Notes under the pieces: model-generated
The model's input: the letters and a program-made list of their open reading frames with translations, nothing else
Database searches by the model: none
What the model was told of the DNA's origin: nothing
Part shown: piece after piece, positions 7,584 to 15,448 of the stretch
Numbering within the stretch: position 1 is the first letter of the stretch
Layout: each line of letters begins with the position of its first letter
Program-made: the position numbers and the translations under genes
Source: a virus
Lineage: Duplodnaviria; Caudoviricetes
Length of the DNA: 27,734 nt
Strand: one strand, 5' to 3'
IMG/VR virus record: IMGVR_UViG_3300006030_000083
Span: 1-27,734 of that record

Positions 7584-8023
7584 TATCCCTCCATCGCCTG
7601 CTGGTATTGCTTGCCGTAAGACTGCGCCTTTGCGGCGTTCCGCTTCACCGTGGCCGGATCTCCTAGGTAGATGCGGTTTACCTTGCAGCAGCCGTTGAAG
7701 ATCGCCAAATCGCATCGGTGCATCACATCAATCTCCAGTTCGCAGTCTGACTGTTCCCAGGTTTTCTCCCACTCACTCCACATCTTCCCCCAGATCGGGA
7801 ATATCTCGCGGTTGAACTCCTGGAGTCTCAGTTCCTTCTCCATTTCGGGCATGGAATCCGGCCAGTAGGGACTTAGCTGAAACTGGGAAACGAACCCTGG
7901 TTTGAGTCTCATTAAGACCGAGGTCCAGTCTTTGCCTGCCTTCTTTTCCTGGCGGTGGAGGTAGTTCAGACTTGGCTGGTCCAGGAAGCAGACTATCGCC
8001 CACCGGCTCAGTTTGGAGTCCAT
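7583..8023 (-). CDS. Hypothetical protein
   Basis: 146-aa ORF with protein-like composition. Confidence 0.55.
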   Translation of the reverse strand: MDSKLSRWAIVCFLDQPSLNYLHRQEKKAGKDWTSVLMRLKPGFVSQFQLSPYWPDSMPEMEKELRLQEFNREIFPIWGKMWSEWEKTWEQSDCELEIDVMHRCDLAIFNGCCKVNRIYLGDPATVKRNAAKAQSYGKQYQQAMEG

Positions 8024-8297
8024 TAAAGACGCCCCCAGAGTCCCAGCCGTGCCTCGCTATCGTTTCCAGCGTAAAGCTCAGATTCGCCTCTTTCCATTCG
8101 TTCCCCTTGAAGATCGTCCACGCCACAGCCTTTTCCACATCGTCCTCGAAAGCCGCTAGAACTGACACCGCAGCCTTCGCAGCTCTGCCAAACTGAAACT
8201 TGTCCCACTGCTTCCACCTTTCGGTGTCCTTCTGCATCCCCAGAACTAGCTTGTATGCCGCCACCACTCGCCGAATTTTGTCCTGACGCTCGCTCAT
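7773..8297 (-). CDS. Hypothetical protein, possibly replication-initiator C-terminal-like
   Basis: ATGA-coupled to the DUF559 gene. Helical N-terminal ~90 aa; the low-complexity tail overlaps the next gene. Confidence 0.5.
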   Translation of the reverse strand: MSERQDKIRRVVAAYKLVLGMQKDTERWKQWDKFQFGRAAKAAVSVLAAFEDDVEKAVAWTIFKGNEWKEANLSFTLETIARHGWDSGGVFNGLQTEPVGDSLLPGPAKSELPPPPGKEGRQRLDLGLNETQTRVRFPVSAKSLLAGFHARNGEGTETPGVQPRDIPDLGEDVE

Positions 8298-8815
8298 TGG
8301 GCCTCAAAAGCACAGCGCACCTCTCTAATGTCCTTCTGGAGCCTCTCCGCAAAGCCCTCTGCATCCACTTCGTAATTGCTGTAGCGGAGGAATTTGATCT
8401 GCGGGTACTCATCCTTGAATTGCGCCTCTCTGCGGGCATCCTTGGCCCTGCCAGCGGGGGTGTAGTGCTGCGCCCCGTCAATCTCTATCGCCAGGAAGAT
8501 GTCCGGCAAAAGAAAATCAACGATTCGGCTTCTCGGGCGGGTCGGGAACGGGAACTCCTTTTGGCGTATAAAGTTAATCCCAGCCCCGGTCAGGATGTAG
8601 CCGACGGCCTTCTCCCACTTCGTCTCGTTCTCCACAAGTTCTTGTCTCAGGTTTTTAAACCGCTTCTTAAACTGCTTCTTGTTCGCCTTCCCTTGCCGGA
8701 ACAGGAGCGAGGCCGGGTTCTTGAACGGGCTCAACCCCTGCTCCACATGGCTTCTAAACGCAGTCCTGTATTCTGAGTCCCTTTGCTTCCACCAACCCTT
8801 ACTCAATCCCGCCAT
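8294..8815 (-). CDS. DUF559/Vsr-like PD-(D/E)XK endonuclease
   Basis: TKWEKAV..L...FIRQ...IVDF...LAIEIDGAQHY...KDARR...LRYSNYEV; start MAGLSK with GGAGG SD. Confidence 0.85.
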   Translation of the reverse strand: MAGLSKGWWKQRDSEYRTAFRSHVEQGLSPFKNPASLLFRQGKANKKQFKKRFKNLRQELVENETKWEKAVGYILTGAGINFIRQKEFPFPTRPRSRIVDFLLPDIFLAIEIDGAQHYTPAGRAKDARREAQFKDEYPQIKFLRYSNYEVDAEGFAERLQKDIREVRCAFEAQ

Positions 8816-8830
8816 TTCTCGCCCTCCCCC

Positions 8831-8879
8831 AAAGCCAAACTCTTTTCCGGCTAACACTAGCCAGAAAGCCAAACTCTTT
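8831..8879. repeat. 15-bp direct repeat AAAGCCAAACTCTTT x2 flanking a hairpin
   Basis: Copies at 8831-8845 and 8865-8879; the spacer forms TTTCCGGCTA-acac-TAGCCAGAAA. Confidence 0.8.
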
Positions 8880-9030
8880 AGTCACGCTGGAGGGTCACGG
8901 TGGTTAGCCGTGGGGCGGACAGGTTGCTGACTCGCGTCCGTTGGTCCCCTCTTTAAAGCCAGAATTTCTCGAAGGCTCTGCTAGGCCAGTCCGGTGCTAT
9001 TAACGCGACGATCCGGGCGCGTATGAACGA

Positions 9031-9177
9031 TTAACGCCTACGACACCTGCAATGACAGACCGGCTTTGAGCAAACCGCGCACGACTCCATGACGAGATGA
9101 CAGCCGCAGTTACGAGTCACAACCCCGTCGTTGACGCTGATGGTCTTTCCGCAGCATGAGCAAGGGTTACTGGGCAA
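9031..9177 (-). CDS. 48-aa Cys-rich miniprotein (10 Cys)
   Basis: TTG start; PSNPCSCCGK...NCGCH...SCAVCSKPVCHCRCRRR*. Confidence 0.4.
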   Translation of the reverse strand: MPSNPCSCCGKTISVNDGVVTRNCGCHLVMESCAVCSKPVCHCRCRRR

Positions 9178-9418
9178 CCTTCCCCCTGCACTTCTGAAAC
9201 TCAACGGCGAACTTGGGGAGTTTGCAGTGGATACACTTGAGAGTAGACGAGTAAACCTCTGTCGCTCCCCACACCGTCTTAGCCTCAAAGAGATGTCCGT
9301 AGCCCAACTGCCTCTTGCGGGCCTCGCACATCCCCGGGTAGAGGTTCACCTTGCGCTTCTTCACCGACCCGAAGGCGGACAACCCCACTTCTCGGTAAGG
9401 GCTTCTATCAGACGCCAC
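9167..9418 (-). CDS. Hypothetical protein (CxxC)
   Basis: GTG start coupled to the NinG stop; KCIHCK. Confidence 0.45.
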   Translation of the reverse strand: MASDRSPYREVGLSAFGSVKKRKVNLYPGMCEARKRQLGYGHLFEAKTVWGATEVYSSTLKCIHCKLPKFAVEFQKCRGKVAQ

Positions 9419-9792
9419 TAGATCGCCTCCATTTTCTTCCTGAAGTCGGCCACCATCTGCTGTAAATCCGTATTTGAGAACTTGGCGATTTTCTTGGAGC
9501 GGGCTACGATCTTCTCGTAGTGCGCCAGCCCGTTCTGCTGAATGAACTTCTCCAGAGCCGGGTGGGGGTTGTGTTCGTAGTAGAGGTTGCATCCGGCGCA
9601 AGAAGCCGTCAGATTTTCCTCGTCCCACCTCGTCGCGTAGTTCGCCCGAGTGACCCAGTGGAAGCAATGCTCAATCGGCCTCGACCAGCAAATCCGGCAC
9701 ATCGGGTTTTCCTTCGACAACTTGGCTTTGATGTAATCCGCGCAAACCTTATCCAGCGTCCTCACAAGCCCCTTTCTCGTCGGCTTTCGCAT
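9418..9792 (-). CDS. ninG: NinG/Rap-like HNH-fold recombination endonuclease
   Basis: LDKVCADYIK...CRIC...HCFHWVTR..ATRWDEENL.ASCAGCN. Confidence 0.75.
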   Translation of the reverse strand: MRKPTRKGLVRTLDKVCADYIKAKLSKENPMCRICWSRPIEHCFHWVTRANYATRWDEENLTASCAGCNLYYEHNPHPALEKFIQQNGLAHYEKIVARSKKIAKFSNTDLQQMVADFRKKMEAI

Positions 9793-10066
9793 TACGCTCC
9801 CGTTACAGTTTCGTTGCGGATTTGTGAACTCACCGGACAAAAAAATAAGTCCTGGGCGGCTAGTGGATAGCTAGCGCGGGTGGACGCCGCACGGACGCCC
9901 AGGATGTCCCGATCCCCGGTGAAGACGGGATCCAGGGTCAGGACTAGCGGCTCGGCTTTATGGGCTTGCCGCAAAACGGAGAGCATGGCCCAGGCGTTAC
10001 TGGTTCGCGGCGGGCGCGACCCGCACTCCGCAGTTCCATGCGACGGGCATACCGCCATGCTCAAAA

Positions 10067-10306
10067 TCATCCCTGAACCACCGGGATATCAGCCCCACAG
10101 TCAATGCACTTCGCCTGGGGACCGTTAATGTTCTCGTGGGCGCACTCCGCATACTCCTGGACCTCAACCCGGAGGAGCTTCTTTCTGAGGAGGGCAAGCA
10201 GCGCGACGGCCTGGGAGTCGTCTTCACCGATTTCAAAGGTGACTTTCCACGCCCCGTCAGCCGTCGCGCTGGGCCTCACATCCGAGGCCAGGAACTTGAT
10301 CTTCAC
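10067..10306 (-). CDS. Hypothetical protein with C-terminal C/H zinc knuckle
   Basis: TADGAWKVTFEI; CAH...KCIDCG; coupled to the exonuclease. Confidence 0.6.
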   Translation of the reverse strand: MKIKFLASDVRPSATADGAWKVTFEIGEDDSQAVALLALLRKKLLRVEVQEYAECAHENINGPQAKCIDCGADIPVVQG

Positions 10307-11100
10307 TGGTAAAGCTCACCCGTCACGATGGACTTGAGCCTCTGAGCCGCCAGGAAGCCCTCAAACGCCTTCGGGATGTCCTTAACCACCTTGATCTCAT
10401 AGGTCGGCGTCTCCTTGTCGAAGCGGACAATGATCGCGTGGCGGATGGTCTGCCAGTAAGTCTCAAAGAAAGCCTCCGCATAGGCCGCAACCTGGAGGGC
10501 GTATTCCTCCCGGCAACCGGAGGAGGTCTTAAAATCAATCAAGACATACTCCCCCGCTTTGTTCACTGCCACAGCGTCAAACTTCCCGCCGTAGCCATGC
10601 TTGAGAGAGGCAACCGCCGTATCACCCATCACCATCTCAAGCCCTGACTCCCGGAACCAGTCCTGGAAGGCAAGCACAGAGTTCTTGAGGTCGTCTTCCG
10701 GTTCGGTAGGAAGACCGTTGATAACTCGGTCGCAATGATCGTGCAGGCGGGTCCCGTAGTCAGCGGCGGCGTCCAGGATCGTCCCGGACTCCTTGCGCGC
10801 CTTTGAGATGATGTCCTCGATGATGTGCGGCTCCATGAGGACCGGCCCGCCGATCTTCATGAGTTCTTCCTGGACCCGCTTGAGGGTGTGCTTCTTAGAC
10901 CACCCGATGAGCTTGTCCATCTTCTCGCCGCCGATGATGTGCAGGGTTCCTGTCACGCCTGGGAGGAGCTTTTCAAACTCTCCCCCGTCCTCGTACTTTC
11001 CTGTCACCTTGTAGTAGTGAGCCCGCCCCTTCTTCTCAAGCGTCACCGTATAGTTAGGCTTGAGGACCGCGCCGTGATACATCATCTCTCTCAGGGTCAT
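10303..11100 (-). CDS. PD-(D/E)XK phage exonuclease
   Basis: LPGVTGTL, AADYGTRLH, GYGGKFD, LIDFKTS, LQVAAYAEA. Confidence 0.85.
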   Translation of the reverse strand: MTLREMMYHGAVLKPNYTVTLEKKGRAHYYKVTGKYEDGGEFEKLLPGVTGTLHIIGGEKMDKLIGWSKKHTLKRVQEELMKIGGPVLMEPHIIEDIISKARKESGTILDAAADYGTRLHDHCDRVINGLPTEPEDDLKNSVLAFQDWFRESGLEMVMGDTAVASLKHGYGGKFDAVAVNKAGEYVLIDFKTSSGCREEYALQVAAYAEAFFETYWQTIRHAIIVRFDKETPTYEIKVVKDIPKAFEGFLAAQRLKSIVTGELYQ

Positions 11101-11131
11101 AGTTACCTCGCTTTTGGTGTTAAGTTAAATT

Positions 11132-11209
11132 TGGAGGGGCTCACGGTTTGCCCCAGGTAGTCGGACACTTCGACCCACATCCCCATGCAAAGGGGAGCCC
11201 CGGTGGTCC
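11132..11209 (-). ncRNA. Candidate structured RNA with tRNA-like acceptor stem and UCCA end
   Basis: GGGGCUC...GAGCCCC-UCCA enclosing CCCC/GGGG and GUCG/CGAC hairpins; no canonical T-loop. Confidence 0.35.
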
Positions 11210-11225
11210 GATCAGAGAGGTTCAT

Positions 11226-11888
11226 TTAGAACGGCACCTCTTCGATGTTCTCGCCCGCGGTGTCGGGAGAGTTGAACTGCTTGGACTTCGGAGCCAAAGA
11301 CCGATAGAGGTCGTAAGCCTCAACCTTCTCGGACTCCTTCGCCTCTTCAACGGCTTTGACCTCGGTCACGAAGTAGGTATTGGAACCCTTCGTCTCCTTG
11401 ATCGCCGCCAGGTGGTACTTCATGGAGAAGAAAGGCCCCTTGTGGATCTTCGCCAGCGTCAGCAGGGTCTTTCCGGCCTTGTAGGAGGACTTGGAGAAGG
11501 GAATCACCATCGGAGCTCCCTCGACCAGAGCGATCACCGCTAGAACGGTGTTCACATTGGCCTTCTTGTCCCCGTCCGTCCACATCTGCCGACCCTCAAG
11601 ACGAGGGTCCTTCTCGTCCGTCACCCGCGCCTCAAACACCATCCTCCCGCCCTCAGGCTTGAGGAGGTCCCAGTACTTGGAAGCGATCAGGGGGATGAAG
11701 GTCGTATCCTTGATAGGCTTCTTCGTGAGGGAGTTCACGAACACCCCCGCCTTCAACCCGTCCTCCTGGACGAACTTGGAGAGGGCTTGAGTGAGAATCA
11801 CTCGCGGGAATACGAGGTCGGAGTTATCAACGGTTTCCAACCCCAGCGGCTCATTAGGGATTACGGCAAGTCCTTTGTTTTCGTTCAT
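11226..11888 (-). CDS. ssDNA-binding or single-strand-annealing protein
   Basis: DLVFPRVILTQALS N-terminal motif, acidic C-terminal tail EEVPF like SSBs, and position next to the exonuclease. Confidence 0.6.
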   Translation of the reverse strand: MNENKGLAVIPNEPLGLETVDNSDLVFPRVILTQALSKFVQEDGLKAGVFVNSLTKKPIKDTTFIPLIASKYWDLLKPEGGRMVFEARVTDEKDPRLEGRQMWTDGDKKANVNTVLAVIALVEGAPMVIPFSKSSYKAGKTLLTLAKIHKGPFFSMKYHLAAIKETKGSNTYFVTEVKAVEEAKESEKVEAYDLYRSLAPKSKQFNSPDTAGENIEEVPF

Positions 11889-11902
11889 TTTGTTTTCCTC
11901 GG

Positions 11903-12355
11903 TTATGCGGTTTTAGGTTCCTTTAAGACTTGCCCGCAGCCGCAGATGCTAAAGGTCACGGACTCGGGCAACACGGCGCGGCGTTTGCACTTCGGACAGT
12001 CAACGGTCGTCATCACAAAACGCTCCAGACGATGCGAACCACGACATAGCCGATCCCCAGCCACGCCAGCGTCAATAGGGTCTTCTCGGCGTTCTCAATC
12101 CCTTCCATCGCCCGATTGAGGACTTTCATTTCATCGCCGCCCAGGCGTACACCGCCAGGATGACCCCAGCCCCGATCACGAAATACTCAGGCTTCACCAG
12201 TTCCTCTCCTCGCGCTCTCGGTCGAACTCTCGCTCCAAATGCTCCTCGCGCATGGCGGAAAGCTCGGCCGCAGAGGGCTCGTCGGACTCCCGCTCAACAT
12301 CCTCGGGTTCGCAGATTGAAAGGCTCATGATCGTCTTGGCTTTGGGTTTGGTCAT
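11903..12355 (-). CDS. Four coupled micro-ORFs (12194-12355 acidic 53 aa; 12126-12197 TM 23 aa; 12013-12129 TM 38 aa; 11903-12013 Zn-ribbon 36 aa)
   Basis: Each start overlaps the previous stop (ATGA/GTGA/TGATG); the last has CPKC...CGCG. Confidence 0.55.
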
Positions 12356-12789
12356 AAAACTGTGACTCCGTTTTTATTGGCAATCCGGGACCGTCTGGAC
12401 CAATACTTAGAGGGATGCTTACGATTCCTGATATTGACGGAATAGGTCACCACCCGAAGATTGGAGCGGGTGTTGTCCAGCGTGTCGTGGTTGATGTGAT
12501 CCACGACCATCGAGTCAGGGGGAAGCATGATCTCCCGGTGCATGTAGGAGTTCATGCGCTTGCCGCCGATGCGGACCTTTCTAACGGCGTAGTAACTGCC
12601 GCCCAGCTTCACGGCATGCCAGTTGAAAGCGTTAAGGTTGGCGAAGTCGCAGGCATCAACCTTGGCGAACAGGCCCTTGGAAAGCGAAATACGAAGGCCA
12701 GCGGCAGCGCCCCGATCAGAGGTCGGAGAATGACGGAAACCACTAGGTGGGACATTCCCCGTTTTCGCGCTGCCGCTGGCGAGAGTCAT
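12352..12789 (-). CDS. HNH homing-type endonuclease (no AP2 domain)
   Basis: YMHREIM...[18 protein letters not shown]. Confidence 0.85.
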   Translation of the reverse strand: MTLASGSAKTGNVPPSGFRHSPTSDRGAAAGLRISLSKGLFAKVDACDFANLNAFNWHAVKLGGSYYAVRKVRIGGKRMNSYMHREIMLPPDSMVVDHINHDTLDNTRSNLRVVTYSVNIRNRKHPSKYWSRRSRIANKNGVTVL

Positions 12790-12890
12790 TTTGATTTCCG
12801 TTTTTTTTAAGCCGCTGATCTCGGCTCTTTCTCCCACCCCCAGTCCCGTAACAAGTAGGACCTTTAGTCTAAGGTGGGAACTACAAACAC

Positions 12891-12919
12891 AGTCTAGCGG
12901 ACGAATCGGCAAAACTCAA
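12891..12919 (-). promoter_or_regulatory. Putative promoter of the early leftward operon
   Basis: TTGAGT (12919-12914) -17 bp- TAGACT (12896-12891). Confidence 0.55.
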
Positions 12920-13010
12920 GCGGAAAAGGAAAAAACCATGTAACAATTATTTGACTATTTTGTGACAACTTTTCGCGGGAATGCGAAATAATACTGCCAG
13001 GGAGGTCCCT

Positions 13011-13856
13011 ATGAAATACGCGATAGTCAAAATCCTCGACGAGAAACTGACGCCTAGGTGGACGGAGTTTGAACCCAGATACCTAGACCATGCCAGAGGC
13101 TACAAGGCTGAATCAACCATTCGGTACTCAGAGATGGGGGCTATCCAGGAGTTCCGCTTGTTTATCAAAGATCGCCGTCTAGGAGATTTTACCACGGATG
13201 ACGCCGACAGGTGGAAGAATCTACTCTCTAGGAAATTCGCTCAGAACACCGTTCGGAGGCGCTTCGTAGCCATCTCTGGAGTGTTCGACTATGCTGTCTC
13301 TTTGAAAATACTGACTGAAAATCCATTCAAAGGAGTTGAGCCGCCTCCTCAAGTTCATGCCGGGAGGGCGTTGAGCGATCACGAACTAGCAAGCGTGTTT
13401 CGCAGGCTGCCTTTAGATATCAGGCGGGCGTGTACGCTTGCCCTCTACACCGGGCTCAGACGCCAGGAGGTTTTTTCACTCACCTGGCAACAAATCACCG
13501 GGAACATCCTGACCATCCCGCCCGATAAGTCAAAATCAAAACGAGGACGGTCTGTACATTTACACAGGCAAGCTGTCGCTTGTCTAGGCCCAGTTCGTAA
13601 GTCCGGGAGAGTGTTTCTGTTTAGCGCGTCCATGATGAACTACCACCTGACCAGGGCTTGGCGAGCGGCTGGTGTGGGCAGGGTTAGATTCCACGATCTT
13701 CGCCACACATCCGCCACGAGGTTTATGGAACAAACCCCAGACCTATTTGCCCTTATGGACACTTACGGATGGGCCTCCCCTAAATCCGCCCTGCCGTATC
13801 AGCACATTACCGCAAACCGGCAAGCCGCAATCCTTAAAATTGATTACAAGATTTAA
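13011..13856 (+). CDS. int: Tyrosine recombinase/integrase
   Basis: TGLRRQE (R), SKS (K), FHDLRHT (HxxR), GW, PY (Tyr); GGAGG SD before ATG 13011. Confidence 0.92.
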   Translation: MKYAIVKILDEKLTPRWTEFEPRYLDHARGYKAESTIRYSEMGAIQEFRLFIKDRRLGDFTTDDADRWKNLLSRKFAQNTVRRRFVAISGVFDYAVSLKILTENPFKGVEPPPQVHAGRALSDHELASVFRRLPLDIRRACTLALYTGLRRQEVFSLTWQQITGNILTIPPDKSKSKRGRSVHLHRQAVACLGPVRKSGRVFLFSASMMNYHLTRAWRAAGVGRVRFHDLRHTSATRFMEQTPDLFALMDTYGWASPKSALPYQHITANRQAAILKIDYKI

Positions 13857-14988
13857 CAGCCTTCACAATCCGGTCCAAATCCCTGGCTGTTAATCCGGGG
13901 TGGCACCCCACATAGAAGGCGTGTCTATTCATGTAGTCGGCTACGGGGTAGTCTTTGGGGTCCCACATTCCCTTATAGACCGGCTGGCGGGTGAGAGGTA
14001 GGAGGTCCCGCGTTTCGATGCCATTGGCTTCTAGGTGTTCCACCATCCTGGGCTTGTTTTTGGCGATGATGGGGAAGGTCATGGGGACGGATTCCCGCCC
14101 AGGCAAGAGGGCTTGGAACCCCACAACCCCGCTTAGATGGTCCCTGAGGTAAAAGGCATTGAGGCGGCGGGCGTCTATGTTCTTTTTGGCTTCCTCAATC
14201 TCGGCAAGCCCCAGAGCCGCTTCAAACTCTGTAGCCCGGAAAGAGTGACCAACGGACAGGAACCTAAAACGCCTGGAGATAATCTCCCGCATCTCCGCGC
14301 CGGTCTTGCCGTCGTCATCGTCAATGTTGAGGTAGATTCCGTCTCTGCCGTGATTTGCGAGGCTTCTGAGCCGTACAGCCAAATCGGGGTCACTGGTGAC
14401 GGCTAGACCGCCTACGCCTGTTACGATGGTATGCGCCGCGTACGACGAAAAGCAACCGATGTCCCCCATCGAACCGACGGGGCGGCCATTGTGTTTTGCA
14501 AAGACGGTTTCGCACGAATCCTCAATAATTTTGAGGTTATGCCTCCGTGCGGCAGAAAGCACTCCATCCATGTCGCATGGCATCCCCATGATATGCACTG
14601 GGATAATTGCCTTAGTCCTTTTTGTGATTAAAGATTCCAGCAAGTCGGGATTGATACCGAAGTCATCTCTTTTGATATCACATAAAACCGGCTTCATCCG
14701 ATTATGGAGGACAATATTTATCGTCGCCACGAAGGTGAGAGCCGGGACTATCACCTCGTCGCCATCACGCCATCCGTGGCGCTCTTTCAGGGATTGGAGG
14801 GCGATATGAAGCGCCGATGTTCCCGAGTTTACGAACACGGAAAATTTGGAATCGTGTAGACTGGCAAATTTGCTTTCGAATCTCCTGTGGAATGGCCCGT
14901 AGGTGACGCGCCCGGAATCGAGGACTTTTTTTATGTACCCCCGTGCCCTGTCCGTGGTTCTGAAATACCCGACCCCGATATTACCCAC
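13834..14988 (-). CDS. PLP-dependent DegT/DnrJ-family enzyme with His at the catalytic Lys position (ColD/RfbH-type NDP-4-keto-6-deoxysugar 3-dehydratase-like)
   Basis: VNSGTSALH, GDEVIVPALTF, IIEDSCE, FSSYAAHTIVTGVGG; probable start GTG 14988 overlapping the HNH stop. Confidence 0.85.
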   Translation of the reverse strand: MGNIGVGYFRTTDRARGYIKKVLDSGRVTYGPFHRRFESKFASLHDSKFSVFVNSGTSALHIALQSLKERHGWRDGDEVIVPALTFVATINIVLHNRMKPVLCDIKRDDFGINPDLLESLITKRTKAIIPVHIMGMPCDMDGVLSAARRHNLKIIEDSCETVFAKHNGRPVGSMGDIGCFSSYAAHTIVTGVGGLAVTSDPDLAVRLRSLANHGRDGIYLNIDDDDGKTGAEMREIISRRFRFLSVGHSFRATEFEAALGLAEIEEAKKNIDARRLNAFYLRDHLSGVVGFQALLPGRESVPMTFPIIAKNKPRMVEHLEANGIETRDLLPLTRQPVYKGMWDPKDYPVADYMNRHAFYVGCHPGLTARDLDRIVKAVKSCNQF

Positions 14989-15448
14989 CGCAGAACTCAC
15001 CGTATATTTTTCTTCGCGCATCCATCGCGGCGTCCGCAGCTGCATCAATGCGATCAAATATTCCTATGTACTTCCGCCCGACGCGCACCATCCATTTCTT
15101 AGCCTGGTTGCTCCAGCAAACGCCACGGATTCCCGTTCTAGAATTCGCCTGCGCTCCTCGGCGGTTAGCCTGGTTTTGTGCCCGGGTGCATAGCCTTAGG
15201 TTCCCGCGCCGGTTGTCCAGTGTGTCGTGGTTGATGTGGTCTACGACAAGACCGGCGGCCGGACGCATAAGGTGTTGGTGCATTTTTATTGTCCCCTGCC
15301 AATTCTTCCGCCTCGGCAGGTGTCGTTCCGCGTAGAAGCTCTTTGTCGGCGGCGACCACACCGCATACCAACGATAGGACGACATCTCCTCAAAATCCTC
15401 ATCATCAACAATCGCAAACTGACCCTGCGTAAGCGGAATCTGCTTCAT
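14981..15448 (-). CDS. HNH endonuclease with AP2 domain
   Basis: [44 protein letters not shown]...AA.A. Confidence 0.88.
   Translation of the reverse strand: MKQIPLTQGQFAIVDDEDFEEMSSYRWYAVWSPPTKSFYAERHLPRRKNWQGTIKMHQHLMRPAAGLVVDHINHDTLDNRRGNLRLCTRAQNQANRRGAQANSRTGIRGVCWSNQAKKWMVRVGRKYIGIFDRIDAAADAAMDARRKIYGEFCGG

Noticed and set aside
11132-11201. Canonical tRNA-His gene
   Set aside because: Lacks the GTTC T-loop, D-loop GG and U33; kept only as a tRNA-like candidate.
12790-12912. Longer TTG start for the HNH at 12912
   Set aside because: The extension spans the predicted promoter and structured leader; ATG 12789 is more plausible.
13834-14988. Perosamine synthase (per) call
   Set aside because: The Schiff-base lysine required for aminotransferase activity is replaced by histidine.
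14989-15057. N-terminal extension of the DegT-family ORF given in the track
   Set aside because: It overlaps the HNH C-terminus; GTG 14988 gives a family-typical length and coupling.
14981-15448. HNH as part of a group I intron or intein
   Set aside because: The flanking genes are each complete and overlap the HNH ORF ends, leaving no room for intron core sequence.
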